A stretch of 63,126 bases of DNA, the filler included, from Nemertoderma westbladi (lineage: Eukaryota > Animalia > Xenacoelomorpha): NCBI GenBank assembly GCA_032718475.1. It is 3 parts of 3 records of this genome, joined end to end, with 100 filler letters (N's around TTAATTAATTAA, not from the genome) between each part and the next. Parts side by side here need not be neighbours in the genome. Positions count along the whole stretch, not along the records: positions 38,578 to 63,126 come from JAUCBJ010006249.1; 2 more parts are not named here. The stretch is one strand, 5' to 3'. A program made the position numbers and the translations under genes. Positions 63,045 through 63,126 of the stretch are shown here, piece by piece; position 1 is the first letter of the stretch; each line of letters opens with the position of its first letter. The notes under the pieces were generated by a model. It saw only the letters and a list, made by a program, of their open reading frames with translations, was not told the origin of the DNA and did no database searches.

Positions 63045-63126
63045 ATTAATAGCACCATTCCCAATATTATTTGTTAAATCAATTAAATTGTTAGAATTTG
63101 AAACGGGATTATTATTTAAATTATTT

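Noticed and set aside
62244-63077. 277-aa plus-strand ORF
   Set aside because: Antisense shadow of GC-rich tandem repeats in the gag-like gene; no domain motifs.

Overview
Eukaryotic genomic DNA, AT-rich and repeat-dense, from an invertebrate animal; the taxon cannot be fixed from the sequence. It consists of three contigs joined by artificial 100-bp N44-TTAATTAATTAA-N44 linkers (19814-19913, 38478-38577). Host genes: intronless PIGO (minus), a spliced SLC35F5-like transporter missed by the ORF track (minus; PIGO may be nested in one of its introns), intronless TBK1/IKK-epsilon, a frameshifted MATH-BTB (SPOP-like) gene and a secreted F-type lectin-domain exon. Most of the rest is transposon-derived: an 8-kb self-nested cluster of a 1.26-kb non-autonomous Helitron/HINE-like element, RTE and CR1/L2-group LINE fragments, tRNA-derived SINE heads, many MITEs, a TIR/TSD-bounded MULE, two decayed IS3EU-like integrases in tandem, and a pol-less BEL/Pao-like LTR element. 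The most unusual features are the ordered array of short hairpin modules in the 3' region of that LTR element, the apparent same-strand gene nesting, and a 68-bp array with kB-like motifs upstream of TBK1. No CRISPR array, rRNA or intact tRNA is supported. All alignments were done by eye; no searches were run.
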